Part shown: positions 25,556 through 39,430 of the stretch, piece by piece
Numbering within the stretch: position 1 is the stretch's first letter
How the letters are laid out: each line of letters begins with the position of its first letter
Assembly (NCBI GenBank): GCA_964016885.1
Contig: OZ024743.1
Span: 171,926,001 to 171,990,000 of the forward strand
From: Eledone cirrhosa
Taxonomy: Eukaryota
Length of the DNA stretch: 64,000 bases
Reading direction: 5' to 3'
Position numbers and translations under genes: made by a program
Notes under the pieces: model-generated
Seen by the model: only the letters and a program-made list of their open reading frames with translations
Databases searched by the model: none
Told to the model about the DNA's origin: nothing

Positions 25556-28019
25556 TATAAAAAAATATATTAATATTCTTGCCCTCACATACATGATTAT
25601 CGTTCATGTATAGAATATTATGCATATCTGTAACATATCCAGAACTATACCCACACATACATATATATGTATGCACACGTATATGTACAGAGATATCAAA
25701 ACGTTAAAAATATTTTCATCACTCCCAAGAGTATCTCGGGCCGTAAAAAATACAGTATGCCCCCCATATCAACCACAGAAATCTACCCTTCCAATTTATC
25801 TGACAATATATTGCCAAGTTCATTAGAAGCAATCAGAATCAAAAAGCAAACAAAAAATCAAAAATTATTCAACAAAACTCATTTAGCAGAAATCATTTAA
25901 AGGGTTTGGGAGACCCTGTTGTTCTACGGATGCTTTTATATTTAGTATAGAAGTTTATCTAGCGTAAAATTTATTCAATAGATTTATTCATCTACATTTT
26001 AGGGTAGTTTAATTACATCATTAGTATATATTTATGAAGAAGGTTTAAAAGAAAAAGTTGAAGGAATCGAAAGATTTATCGTCAGGTTTCATACATTAAT
26101 TAAATATCCTAATTAATTATGCTACATTTTAAATTTATATTTATATTTAAACGTTGAGTTCAATCTATGTCTGCAGCAACTGAATAAATTGCTCCTTAAA
26201 TTAAGGGAATTTTTGGATTTTAATATAAAGAATATCTCCTCCACACAGAGGTCACATGTCTCAGATGAGGAATTAAAAGGAATCCCTCTTGAGACAATAT
26301 TCCAAAACATCGAATACCCAACGTTATCATGTTTAAGTTGCCAGAGTAAGCCTGATAGTGAAGTTGAGGATTTTTTGTTTGGATCTGTGAAAGAATTCTT
26401 ATGATTATTGTAGCGAAGTTTAAATTCTGTCGAGGTGGAACCAACGTAGTTAAAAGAATTTAAGTTAGTTTTAACATTACAATTGTATATTATATTTTTA
26501 ACTAAGCAATTGTTATTTAACGGACATTTAGATTTATTTCTACAGTTACAGTTGTTTAATTGAATATTGTTTTGGCCATTATCGGTATTTTGGCTAGGTT
26601 TTTGATTCCTATTATTTATTCTGTTAATATTTTGTGCTAAATTTTTTGTGGACGAGTAGGTTAATTTTATAGTATGTCTATTAAAAATTGAGTGATATTT
26701 ATGCGTTCTAGGGAAGCGTTTGTCAAGAGCATTAAAAGATAGTTTAGCAATGTGGGTTTTAATATTTAGTGAGAAGGGGGGGGGGGGGCAAACCATATTA
26801 TATTTCTAGTTCTATTTCTTTTCCGGCTTTTGGAATTATTGTAATGTTTTCTATTATAGTTGTTAAAGTTGTTACCGTAATTAAAATTGTTATTATCTTG
26901 GTAAGTTTGCCTATTATTATCGATGTACTTAATTTTATCACTATATCCTGCTCTAGCTAACGCTTCATTGTAATACTGCGCTTTTTCATCGAAAATATTT
27001 TTATTAGATGAAATTCTTGAGATACGTTCTTGAACAGAGTTCACTATAGTATTTTTAACAGATCTGGGGTGATTAGAGTTAAAATTGACATAATTCAAGT
27101 TTTCATTTAGTTTGTGAAATGGATAGTGAAGACATGTGTTGAGATTTAGTGTTACATCTAGGAAATTGACTATTCTATGGTTATTCTCTATTTCTATTTT
27201 TAGATTAAGGTAATTAAAAAATTGTATAATTTGTTTTCTTTTCCTATTTAGTTCAGAGTTATTATTTTCAATAAGTAAAAGCATGTCATCACGATATAAT
27301 CCTCCGGTTACACCAGGTATTTTTCTATGCAGCGAATTAATTATAAATAGGCCCACAAGGTCCGTTACCTGAGCTGAGTCAGATGATCCCATAGTGATGT
27401 CGAAATTATTATCTCTATCTGCCCTAGTCCATAGTTGGTTATTAAATTCTATCAATGTTTTCCTTGCCGATAATATAATGTGCATTACATTGCTAGTTAA
27501 GTCTGTATGTTTGAATGCGTAATTTAGTAGTAATTTCTCTCTCTCTGTTTTCTCTTCATTTCTTATTTTCTCTCCGCCCCCTCCCCAACTGTCCTTAACA
27601 CTATAACTAAATAATTACAGTACACCCTCCCTCCTAAATCTCTCAATTTGTATGATAAATTATTATTATTCATCTGTTGCCTCAGCTGCCTCTCTTTTTT
27701 CACCTCCTCACTATTTCTCTCTCCCCTATCTCTCTCTATTTCTCGCTGTTTTTCTTTACATACATTTCTTCTTTTTCTCTGTCTTTCTTTTTAACTGTGC
27801 TTAACACTAAATATTTGTAAACATCTCACTACCAAACCAGCTTTTTACATAACGGTTGGTCAATATTTATGGTACGTCAAAATTATTTATAAAATGTTTA
27901 TATATTGTATTTTATCTGAAGAAGGCATGCCATATTTTTAATATGGTATCCCCGAAATATGTATAATGAAATAAATATGATTTTATAAATATAGTTTCCA
28001 TTTGTTTAATATCGTATAT
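24441..28019 (-). mobile_element. 5'-truncated Penelope-like element family C with inverted pLTR
   Basis: RT ORF 26766-27485 (ITMGS, GLYRDD, FLDV, SNHP) and GIY-YIG ORF 26122-26796 (IIYNC...YVGST..FKLRYNNH, CDLCVEE); near-identical inverted terminal repeats 24441-24926 and 27533-28019. Confidence 0.92.
27904..27968 (+). ncRNA. Hammerhead-like motif in the family C pLTR (mirror copy 24492-24557; relatives 45003-45063, 50853-50908, 51026-51082)
   Basis: CTGAAGA-aggc atgccatatt ttt aatatggtat cccc-GAAA-tatg-TA; stem II is retained across copies despite sequence change; stem I is weak. Confidence 0.5.
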
Positions 28020-28863
28020 CTACTCCAAAACTTGTCGAGTGCTTTATATCAGTTATAAAATATTTACTTGTTGTAACCCAACAATTTTATATAAAACTTT
28101 TGCATATATATATATATATATCCACATTGATGACTTAAATTTTATTCCATATGAAGTGACCCGTAATGTTTATTCAACTATTATAAGATTAATTAAATAA
28201 ATAATGGTTTCAATTCAATTTTTTTGGTTTAGATTAGTAGTAACTTCTAGTCTCACCTAACGGTTTGATGCGCCTACGTGAATTTGTGTCTGTGTTTATT
28301 TTTGTTTTTGTTTTCATTTGACTTTGCTACCACATGCTGTCTGTCTTTCCTTTCATCTGTCACTCGTGTCCTTGAAATCACCGTGTAAATATGTCTTAAG
28401 CTTTTTCCCTTGATATTGTGTGTCTGCTATTGAAATATTAATATTAATATATTATATTGTATTATATGTAATTGAATTATAAGTATGTGTCCGGTATTGA
28501 AATACTGATATGTAATATTATATGGATTTGAACTGCCTATATCTCAGTATATTTATTGTCTATTATATATATTTATTTATATATATTTTTTTTTCACCAT
28601 ACTTTTAAATATTATATTGTATTATTATTTTTTTACCCTGTGAAATTCATTATACTTTTATACACAATTTGTTGACTGTAAATGATACATAGGATGTATC
28701 TTTATATATTTTTTTTAATGTCTATATATTATTTTCATTGATTTTGGTATTGTTTAATCACACCGTCAGGGTGATTATTCTATTATAATGCTTATATTTG
28801 TATTTATATTTGTGTTATTATGTGTATGTGTAAAAGTGTATATATGTGTGTCAGAGTGAGTGT

Positions 28864-28946
<83 letters not shown>

Positions 28947-29234
28947 TTTTTTCTGTATTATCTATTGTATGGTATTGTATATTGTATTATAATTCTCACA
29001 TTGTATTACTATGTTGTGTTTCAAGTATTAGACTTGTATTGTACATTTAACGTGGGTTTGTTTAATGTTTAATGTCTTGCTTGCTCTATTGCCCTATAGT
29101 CTTTATTTACAAATGCACCATATTAGGTTTAGCATGTCTTTCCATGATAATTCTCCCAAATTTTCATAAATATCCATTCCATGTTCTTCTGGGTTTTGGC
29201 CTGTTCTGGCCGTTAATACCTCTTGTCTTTTTCA

Positions 29235-29279
29235 TTGCTCTGATGAGTCCCGGTTAATGGGACGAAACACTGTCAGCAA
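29235..29279 (+). ncRNA. Minimal type-I hammerhead ribozyme, canonical core
   Basis: ttgct-CTGATGA-gtccc ggttaat gggac-GAAA-ca c tg-TC-agcaa; all core nucleotides intact, GUC triplet, AATAAA immediately downstream. Confidence 0.9.
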
Positions 29280-29319
29280 ATAAAGATTTTTGATGTATTG
29301 AAGGCTTCTTTGTTTATTT

Positions 29320-29386
<67 letters not shown>

Positions 29387-29413
29387 ACAAAAGATGGTTA
29401 AAAGAGTTCCATG

Positions 29414-29484
29414 TATTTTATTATGCGCATTTCAAAAACAAATATCATCATGCAATAATATTTGTGTTTTCATCAGATAAAATA
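29414..29484 (-). ncRNA. Type-I hammerhead ribozyme, canonical core (relatives 59868-59938 minus, 60115-60185 plus)
   Basis: Minus strand: tattttat-CTGATGA-aaacacaaatattatt gcat gatgatatttgttttt-GAAA-tgcgca-TA-ataaaata; 8-bp stem I, palindromic stem III ATGCGCAT. Confidence 0.85.
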
Positions 29485-29619
29485 GGAAGACATGATATGA
29501 AGGTTAAATATACTATGTATACTTATATATTATGTATACTCCAGTCCTACAAACTGTAGAGTGCTTCTTATCCGATATCTGCATTGCTTTATTTTACTAC
29601 AATAAAACTCACCTCCTAC

Positions 29620-29656
<37 letters not shown>

Positions 29657-29659
29657 TGT

Positions 29660-29691
<32 letters not shown>

Positions 29692-30653
29692 GGGTTTTTC
29701 CCGGCTGCACGCTGGGCACTCGGAAAGTTCAGCCTTCCTTGAGTGTTCGGAAAAATAAATTTCTCCTCTTTCGGTAAAAGAAATTACTCGGAGTGGCTTG
29801 CTTTGCCCCAGTCCCACCGCGCCACCTGTTTTGGCCGCCTAATTATACCTATACCTACAAACTCCAGGTTTGGGCACAACTATTAGCTGTAGCATGCCTC
29901 TATTGACACGTAAATAAATCCCTAATGTGTGATTTAATAGTATTCGTGGTATAGACGATGGCCTGTCGAAATTGTGGGGTTCCCGCTAGCGATCCCGGAG
30001 CAAAAGTTAGCTACGTTCCTAGAGTACTCGGAAAAATTAATTTCCATTTCTTTCGCTGGACGATACCACTCGAGACTGGCTGACTCACGGTGGTGGGTGT
30101 GCTGGCTGGGACTCACAATCGAAATCTTTACTCTATATCCCATCCTAATATCTTATCGAGTTAAATAAAAAATGTTTTCATATAAGACTCTCTCTGTAAG
30201 TTCGTTAAATAAATCTCGCTACCTCTATTTTTCAATTTACCATTTTGCAATATAATATTTTAATTTAATTTATTTCATCCTATAACTCGCAACATAAGTT
30301 TAGCGTTCCAATCTTCGGTTCAGACATTAGACCATACAGACAACCACTATAGATTCTTTGGGTAGCATTTTTTTCGCGGCATTTTCTAACTTGAATGTAG
30401 TTTGATCCCTTACACTACACTTCTTTCGCCCTTTCTTTCTTTCTTTCTTCCTCTTCTTCTTTGACGGAGTGGTGGTAGTACATGATAGGCCTGCGCCCCC
30501 TTACCAGATATTCATTGGTAGTTTTCGGTTGCCAACACTTTGAGGGCGGCTGGCTGTGTAGCTAGTTGGTCAGCCGCCCTCTCTGTCTCTGATTTCTCGG
30601 ACCCATGGTTTTTCGGACCCATGGCTTTTTACATATTCCTTTGTTATATTCCA

Positions 30654-30711
30654 ATACCTGATGATATCACCGGATTCATATGGAACCCGGTCATTGAAAT
30701 GATCATAGTAT
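30654..30711 (+). ncRNA. Type-I hammerhead motif
   Basis: atac-CTGATGA-tatc accgg...ccggt catt-GAAA-tgatca-TA-gtat, then AATAAA; palindromic stem III ATGATCAT. Confidence 0.7.
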
Positions 30712-30976
30712 AATAAACCTTTCAAGGATTTACACCAGTCCAGCCTCCTGTTATTTCATTTATATATATATACATTCGTCTACAGATATTTTTGCATACA
30801 CAATAACAAAATATAAACAAACGTATTTATGTCACGAGGCTCGATAAGGATAAATATATATCAAATATATAAGAACCCTAGAGCAAATCCCGAGTAACGC
30901 CGGGCCATTCTGCTAGTATATATATATATAAATATGCATATATACTACATATATATATATATGTTTGTGTGTGTGT

Positions 30977-31042
<66 letters not shown>

Positions 31043-31050
31043 CTTTAGAC

Positions 31051-31864
31051 CAGCGGTCGCCAACTGGTGGTCCGAGAGAAACATTTGGTGGTCCTCAGAA
31101 AGAAAAATTTGGACATTATTTACTTTAACGACTAGCAGAAAAAACATTTTTTGGTGATATTCTGCTAGCATATATAGTGTGCATATTGATATTATACGCA
31201 AATATATATGCATGTAGATATGATACATCAAATCAAATAGTAATTGACAATATACACAGAAATTGAACGAAGGCTGCGTTACACTGTCTTATGTAATCAG
31301 TAACGTAATCCATGGTACATTAAAAAAAGACGATATTATATATAAACTGCATTATAAGAAAATTAATGACGGAAATTTATTTAAGGGATCGATAACCGGA
31401 AGTGTTGATATTTGAAAATTTTAAAGAATTGAATCTTTAAATAAGGAATAAATATATTTAATAAACAGCTACGGAATTTAGTAGATAAATTATGTAATAT
31501 TCATTCATTATTTATTCAAAGTAATGCACTGGGTAATTTGTGCCTAAAGTAGAAACAATTATTTATTCAAAGTAATCCAACTTATTTTACTAACTGGATT
31601 AAAAGAAATAAACCGTACGCAGGCCCGCACTCCTTACTTTATTATAGTTTAGATTTTGTTATGATTACATAAGGATTTATAATTTTGTTATGATTAATAT
31701 GTGTATTTCATATTAACAAAATGGAAGTTTTCTGAAACCATTATTAAATAAAGAAAGAAACAATTATTTTACATATGTATTTATCCTTTTTTTTTTAAAT
31801 CATACTGGTGGTCCGCGGGATTTAAAATTATGAATTTAGTGGTCCATGAGGTTGGCGACCGCTA
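31051..31864. mobile_element. Non-autonomous hAT (Charlie/Buster-like) MITE
   Basis: TIRs cagcggtcgccaac / gttggcgaccgcta; 8-bp TSD ctttagac / ctttatac with central TA. Confidence 0.85.
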
Positions 31865-31991
31865 CTTTATACAATCTTTCTATGAGTGAGTATATTTATA
31901 ATTTATCATTATTTCTCAATATGAAACAGACTTTTACGTATATCGTGTATATATATATAGCTTTCTCTCACTCACTCTCTCTCTCCCTCTT

Positions 31992-32022
<31 letters not shown>

Positions 32023-32041
32023 GAGAGTGAGTGAGAGAGAG

Positions 32042-32111
<70 letters not shown>

Positions 32112-32144
32112 AAGAATATTTTCGAAACAGCGAGTGGGTTTGAA

Positions 32145-32368
32145 ATTATTAGAAATGTAAGCTATCGCCGTATTTTGACTAAAGAAATTAAAGAAATTAT
32201 TTATCCTGATAGTGGGGTTAAGAACCCTCGGAGAAATGGAAAAAGATGAGTATTGACGTACGTCAGTACTCATCTTTTTCCATTTCTCCGAGGGTTCTTA
32301 ACCCCACTATCAGGCTAAATAATTTCTTTAATTTCTTTAGTCAAAATACGGCGATAGCTTACATTTCT

Positions 32369-32374
<6 letters not shown>
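32145..32374. repeat. 230-bp spacerless palindrome
   Basis: Centre gacgt|acgtc at 32259/32260; arms differ at only about 2 positions. Confidence 0.95.
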
Positions 32375-32407
<33 letters not shown>

Positions 32408-32419
32408 ATCACCTTCATC

Positions 32420-35400
32420 ATCATCATCATCAGTTTCTTTCACAACTCATCTATGCTCGGTCGTTCACGCACATTGACATTTCACATCCATTTCACATAC
32501 TTACTTCATTTCTCTCTAGCCGTCGCATATCCTCTGCAGTTGCTGCTCATATCTCACCACCATGCAGCATCGCGCATCTCATACAGGCATCATATAACCG
32601 TCCTTTTGTACGCAGGGAGAAACCCTTCTTTGTCAACAGAGGAAGCAGCTCCCTAAACTTCTTCCAACCCATCCTTATTCTAGATACTATGGCCTCGAAA
32701 CACCCCCATCCCATGCTAATCTGATCACCTAGGTACCGGAAGCTATCAACCACTTCTATAGAACATACCTACCTGCATTGGAAAAATGTGTCTATCACTG
32801 CGATTATTACTGCCAACTTTCCCTGAACATCTACTGCATACGTAGTTTTCCCTACCTGTTACTTTGCCTGCTATCCCACTACATCTCTTGGGTACCCAAG
32901 ATCTGCATTGCGTACATTTTATGGAATTTATGCGAGTTCCTTTCCTACATATCGAACATGGCCATTTCCCTGATGGAATCAGAGTATTGTCCTCTCTTCT
33001 ACTTATCAACACTGTTGTCTTAGCTATCTTCACTCTCGGTCCTCTTGATTCCAACTGCTGTTTTCATAGCCAGAATTTATTCTCTAGCTCCTCTACTGAT
33101 TCTGCTATAAGAATCAGATCATCAGCATAGAGAAGTTCCCATGGACATCCAGTCTGAAACTGCTATGTTATGGCTTGGAGGACTATAATGAACAAGAGCG
33201 GGCTGAGGACCGAACCCTGATGTACACCTATCTGGAATTCCTCACTAAACTCCATTCCTACTCTCACTTTACTGACAGCACCCCTGTACATAGCTTGCAC
33301 TGTCCCCACAAGCCATTCCTCTACACCTAGTTTCCTTAGGGACCACCAGTAGTTCCCTAACTAAGAAGAGGGCATCCGTTGTACAAAACCAAACTGCAAC
33401 GCATCTAATTTGACCCTTTCTCTAATCAGTTGCGCTAATATTCTCTCTGCCACTTTCATAACCTGAATCATCAGCTTTATGCCCCTATAATTTCTCTTCT
33501 CTAGAGCATCCCCTTTACCTTTGTAGCAATTTATGAGAATACTGCTACACCGGTCTTTTGGAATGAAACCACCATATATAGCTTGATTGACGATGCGAGC
33601 AACTAGTTTAGTGCCTACTTCTCCTGATGCCTTCAGCTCCTCAGCAACTATCTCCGACGGTCCAGCTGCCTTACCATTCTTCATTTCTTAATTGCCTCTT
33701 AGACCCTATATTCGTCAATCTCAATAGCTGGTCCCTCTGTCGGTTCTACTGGGGATAATTTCCCTCTCTCCCATTCGTTTTCATAATGACATTGAAGTCC
33801 CCTGCTAGCATAACGATGTCTCTGTCCTCTGTCATTGAGGCTGTTTGTAAAAGTTGCTCGTAAAAGCAGTCTCTCATAATGACATTTCCAGCCCTCATTT
33901 TTTTTATCATTCGTGACACTAAGTACACCGGCATCATTCCGGACACACTTATCTCCAACAACATCTTGAATTGCACTGACTCACTGCCTTGCAATGCGGA
34001 ACACCGCACGTCTCTGATCTTCCCGTCGCAGAACATTGGCAAACCTTCTACTCTCAGCCTCCCTGTGTGCTAAGTACACCTGACGTCTAGCTTCTCTCTT
34101 AGTGGCTGTGTATCCTTCCCTACTCCCACCATTTGTCCAAGCCTTCCATGCCAGTCTTTTGTCTCTAATGGCCTTGTCTACCGTGCTGTTTCACCACAAG
34201 GTCACTCTCTGTCTGGTTGATGCTCTGCCACAACCACACGTTTCTTCTGCAGTAAGTTGTCACGCAAGAAATTCCAGTTATCATCAACGTCATACGACTC
34301 TAAATCGTCTTCTTTTTCGTCTTATACATCTTGAAGGGCTTTGCTAAATTTATATTTTAATGAAAGATCTTTTAGCTTCCAGACCTTTCTTTTCCACACA
34401 TTCCTGCATGTCTCATTCTTTCTCTTGCTTACTGAGATGTCACTAACGACTAACCTATGCTGTGGGGTACATTCTTCCCCGGGGTATGCCTTAGTATTTG
34501 ACACCATCTGTCTGTCTCGCTGTCTAACTAGCATGAAGTCAATCTGGCTTATGTGCTGGCCTGATTTGTAGGTTATTAGGTGATAGGTAGGCTTCTGGAC
34601 GTTAGTTTTGCAAATGGCTAGTGCATTTGCATCACAAAATTCAAGAAGCCTCACTCCTTCATTTCTTGAGCCGTAACCGTGCCCACTATGTACCCCATTG
34701 TATCCATCCTGGAGCTGTCTAACATGTCCATTGAATTCCCCTGCTAGCATAACGATGTCTCTGTCCTCTGTCATTGAGGCTGTTTGTAAAAGTTGCTCGT
34801 AAAAGCAGTCTTTCTTTTCGTTACCTAGGCCTGCCTGGGGAGCATAGGCAGAGATATTTGTCAGTAGTCTCTTGCCGTCAACTAATCTGAGCTTAATTAT
34901 TCTATTACTAACTCTAACTACCTCTATTGTCTTATTGATCCATCTCTCAGCCAGTAATATTCCCAGCCCACCTAACCCATCATCATTACCCACCCAGAAA
35001 AGCTTATAACTACGAGGTTTGCTTGCGATTAGTCTCGCAGAAGCACCTCTCCATCTCACCTCTTCCACACAGCAGACATCCACATGCCTTGTCTCCAGCA
35101 TCTCCGCTATTTCACCAGATCTATCTGTTAGAATGCCAACAATAAGTGTGGCAATTCTGAGATGCAACGGCTCGTTCTTTTTCCTGTTGTGCGATTGCTT
35201 GATGACGGTCGTAGTGTTTTAACACATGGCCTCACTAGCCACCCCACTACCGTGCGCAGCCCTAACATGGTTAGTGTTATTGGTGTTTACGCAGTTGTTT
35301 TTGTGCGATTGCTTGATGACGGTCGGTGGGGGGGGGGGTTCTCGCTCATGGCCGCACCAGCCACCCTACTACCGTGAACAGCCCTAACATGGTTAGTGTT

Positions 35401-35440
35401 TTTGCTGTTTACGCAGTGGTTGAAAATTTCATTCGTTGCG
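32420..35440 (-). mobile_element. Decayed RTE-clade LINE
   Basis: APE ORF 34322-35167 (EVRWRG, SAYAPQ, AGEFNGHV, SQIDF, HRLVV); RT pieces MKNGKAAGPS, NYRGIKL, QFGF, ELLYADD (~33120), FRYLGDQI. Confidence 0.9.
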
Positions 35441-35896
35441 CTCATAGTTTTTAGCAGTAGTATATATACTGGTTGGATGCCCTTCCTAACACCAGCACCA
35501 CTTTACAGCATGGACTAGGTGCTTTTATTCGTGCCACCAGCTCTAGAGGGGTTGTCTTACTGGACTCAGGGGCCCTCTTTACCCCTCCATTTTACAGCAT
35601 GGACTAGGTGTTTTTATTCGTGCCACCAGCACTAGAGAGGTTGTCTTACTTGACTTAGAGGATTTCTCTACCCCGCACCAATTTATTCGGAGTGGTAGCT
35701 CTTCTAGACGAGTTGTCTGTTCGATAATATATTCACAAGGGAGTGGTTATCATAAAGCGTCGGGCATGTATATGGAACGTGGTGGAGATGGGGAGGGTGG
35801 TAGTTAAATGAGAAGGAAATATGGCTATACGCACAAATTTATATATCAACATTCACATCACATATACATATATATATATACATACATCTACATATA

Positions 35897-36009
<113 letters not shown>

Positions 36010-36010
36010 T

Positions 36011-36069
<59 letters not shown>

Positions 36070-36757
36070 CAAATCTCATGCGGACCGAAAAGTTTGGAGA
36101 TACGAATAATAATAAACTGCAACGTATCTCAACGGATTTTCCCCATCATGCCGCAATTCAACAAACATGACTTCCTGCGTTTAAGCCGCAAGCAAATACA
36201 ACATTTCCGGACAGATCAACACACACATATATATCATCATCATCATCATCATGCGGACGTAAAATGATGATGATGATGATATATATATATGTACAGAAAT
36301 TTGTACATGCATTGTACATATGTACATTGTACATATGTACTACATGCATTTTGAGGCTTGACTGGCCCTCATCAGAGCGGTCCTTCCCATCGCTTGCAAC
36401 TAATAATTTTCTCGTCTGTGTAAATGAGGTGATTAATCTCAACTTATCATAGAATATAAATAAAATTTCGCTTCAAGCATATCTTTATCCAAATATGTAT
36501 AGAAATTTCGTATTTCTAAAGAAACACGGTTTTAGGAAGCCGTAGCTATGCAAACACCGGAGCTATCGCCCTCTGGTGGTGTCCTATCGACAATCGACTT
36601 TCGTCAAAACGGACCGAAGAAACATTGTTTCCATTGGTCTTTCCAATTGCTAATACTATCTATCGGTCGCAACTTCGTGTAGTTGTCTCTGTGGCCTAGC
36701 GGTAAGTACAAGAGATGGTGGAGACCCTGACCTTGGGTTCAATCTTGGTCAAGGGGT

Positions 36758-36858
<101 letters not shown>

Positions 36859-37070
36859 TAAATTTAGTCCTTCATCGGTGATCTTCCAACCTTCATTGGT
36901 ATTTCATCGCTTTAAAGACCATATACCTACGGTCGGTGCGAGCAACGGCTAAAGAAAGTCGTTGGGACACGTAAATAAGGGGAACGAGCGAGACTATAAA
37001 CAATCAAAGATGGTAATGCAACGAAAAGTTAGGAAGAAGGAGTCAAGTCCCTGAAATCGATGAACATAAG

Positions 37071-37122
<52 letters not shown>

Positions 37123-37128
<6 letters not shown>

Positions 37129-39430
37129 ATGCTTTGGGAGCGTCATGTTGCCAATAAGAAAGACACGCACCAGTTGCTTTCACTCCAATTTATTATAAAT
37201 TAAATTTATAAATTTAATAATTTATAAATTTCCGGTTGGTTGGTTGGTTCCACAACCAGTCGGTTGTTCATATATTGTCAAAGTTCTTTCGTCACACATT
37301 CTGTGACCTCTTAAGTGTTTTCTATTCAATTTTGGTTTGAGTTCATTTATGTTTATTGCCTCTGGGATTTGTCCAAACATTGCGTCTTTTCTGTGTGTAG
37401 ATTCTATTTTTATTTCTATGTTCTCTAATTTACCCTTATGTTCTATTTTAGCATGTTGGTAGAGTACAGATGATTCTTTTCTATCTTGAAGCTCTCGCCA
37501 GTGTTCATTTATCCGTTCTCCTATACTACGAGCTGTCTCACCTATGTACACTATATTCTTATCTCTACATTGTCCTTCAGTACATCTTATGCTATATACT
37601 ACATTTCTAGTTTTACAGTTAATATGGGGCTTAGTTTACAGATTATACATTTCTTATCTATACAGGGAGGTCTTTGAAAAGGGTATGTATTGCTAATAAG
37701 TGTTTTTATGCAGGTATCTGCTCTTTCTACTATCTTAATATTGAGCGTATGTTTATCTAGGGCCCTTCTAAATTTGTAAGCTAATTCACCTCTAGGGTTT
37801 GTATTGATGAACATTACATTCTGGTATTTATTGCTATCATACCATGAATTTATTCTATTAACCTTATTCCTAGTTCTTTCTATTCTATTCCAAAATGTGC
37901 TCCTATAAAAGGGGCAGGTCCCATTTGTATCATTATTTACCATTTTTTCCCATTTGGTTCTGGCTCCTCTATATACTCTGATTTTATGTCTCTGATTGTA
38001 ACCAGAGAACTGCATACAGTGGAAGAAGTGTTGTATGTCTCTCTCTAGTTCTTTGTGGTTGCACATGCGGGACGCGTTTCTCATCACCCGTACCAAATCC
38101 GCAATCAGTATGTTGATTTTGGTGTGGTCCGAAACAGCTGAGTTTCGATTTGGAAGTCATGGTTTTGGCATAATGGGAATGGAGGATTTGTTTTTGTTAT
38201 TAATGGTTTCTAACCAGAGCTCTGTGTCTAGTACAGGTAATCGATGGTTGGGGTGTTTGCTTGGGTAGTCTATAGTAACTTTAATACTCTGGTGGATGGA
38301 GTTAGCTATTTGCTGGATGCTTTCCATGGTGTTTTTCTCTAATTCCTGACTGTTCTCTAGTGGGGGTGTTTTTACTACGATGTTCATATCATCAACGTAG
38401 CGGGTGTACATTATCAGGGTTAAGAGGTTTCTGTCTTCTAATTGTTCTTTAAGTTTAAGTTTATGTCCCACCATACCATGAATAGGTTAGCTATGTCACC
38501 TGCAATGCTCACACCAATGGCTGCTCCCTCCTCTTGGGCATATGTTTTTCCAATAAATTTGAACATATGTTCCTTAAGGGTTACTTTTATACTGGCCCCC
38601 ACCGCATGTGCAATCATTTTCTTTAGTTCATCGTGGTTTCCGGGGATCCGTATGGCTCTGGTCCACCCGTTCCATCTATCTGTGTGGGTTTTCTTGGCCA
38701 TTGAGGTAATGGTAGGTGGTTTGCCTCTTGCTGGTCTTGTAGGTCACATGTTGCTAAGATCATATGTATCTAGATAATCATTACTATAAATAAGTTTAAG
38801 TAGGAGTCCCAGCTCACTGATCATTTCTACGCATTTCTCCACAGCAAAATCCACGTCAATGGATGGATATAGGGACACAACATCCATACTACCTATTATG
38901 CAGTTTGTTAGGTCCCTAGATCGGTTATTTTCGCTGATTCTTCTGAGGAGGTCCTCCGTGTTGTCACATATATCTGGGGACATTTCAATGATGAGGCGTA
39001 TGATCAGGGAGAGGTAGTAGGAAAGTCTGTAGTTACTAGCAATGTTAGCTCCACAGACTGGCCGTGTTGGTGGTCCTGAGACAGGGTCACTGCTCGTTTT
39101 ATGGTCTTTTCCAAGCCCATACAACGCTGGCACGTCATTGTTCCAGGCTTGGAAGTTGTTGGAAGTCCTTTTATCGGGCTGCATTATGTTGTCCACATCA
39201 TCATATGGGCATTGAGGGTTTTCTCCCTACCCTCATGCTCTTGTGGTGTTACTTCTCTTCTGTTAGTGATGTGGGGTTGTATTGCCTGGATGTAGTTTGA
39301 GCGACTGTCAACCGACATTCTGCCAGACTTGTCTGTTGGAAAGCATGCAATCTCTCCATTACGCAAGCGCTGCATGAGCTTACGCAAGCCATTTGCAGAT
39401 TTCTCTCCCAGTTGCTGGGCCTCCATTCTA
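37123..39430 (-). mobile_element. Penelope-like element family A, truncated and frameshifted
   Basis: PTDKSG, LYGLGKDHK, SMDVVSLYPSI, GAAIG, YTRYVDD, LPVLD, YIGETARSIGERINEH. Confidence 0.92.

Noticed and set aside
36684-36756. tRNA gene
   Set aside because: A-box and B-box-like motifs are present but no complete cloverleaf; more likely a SINE head.
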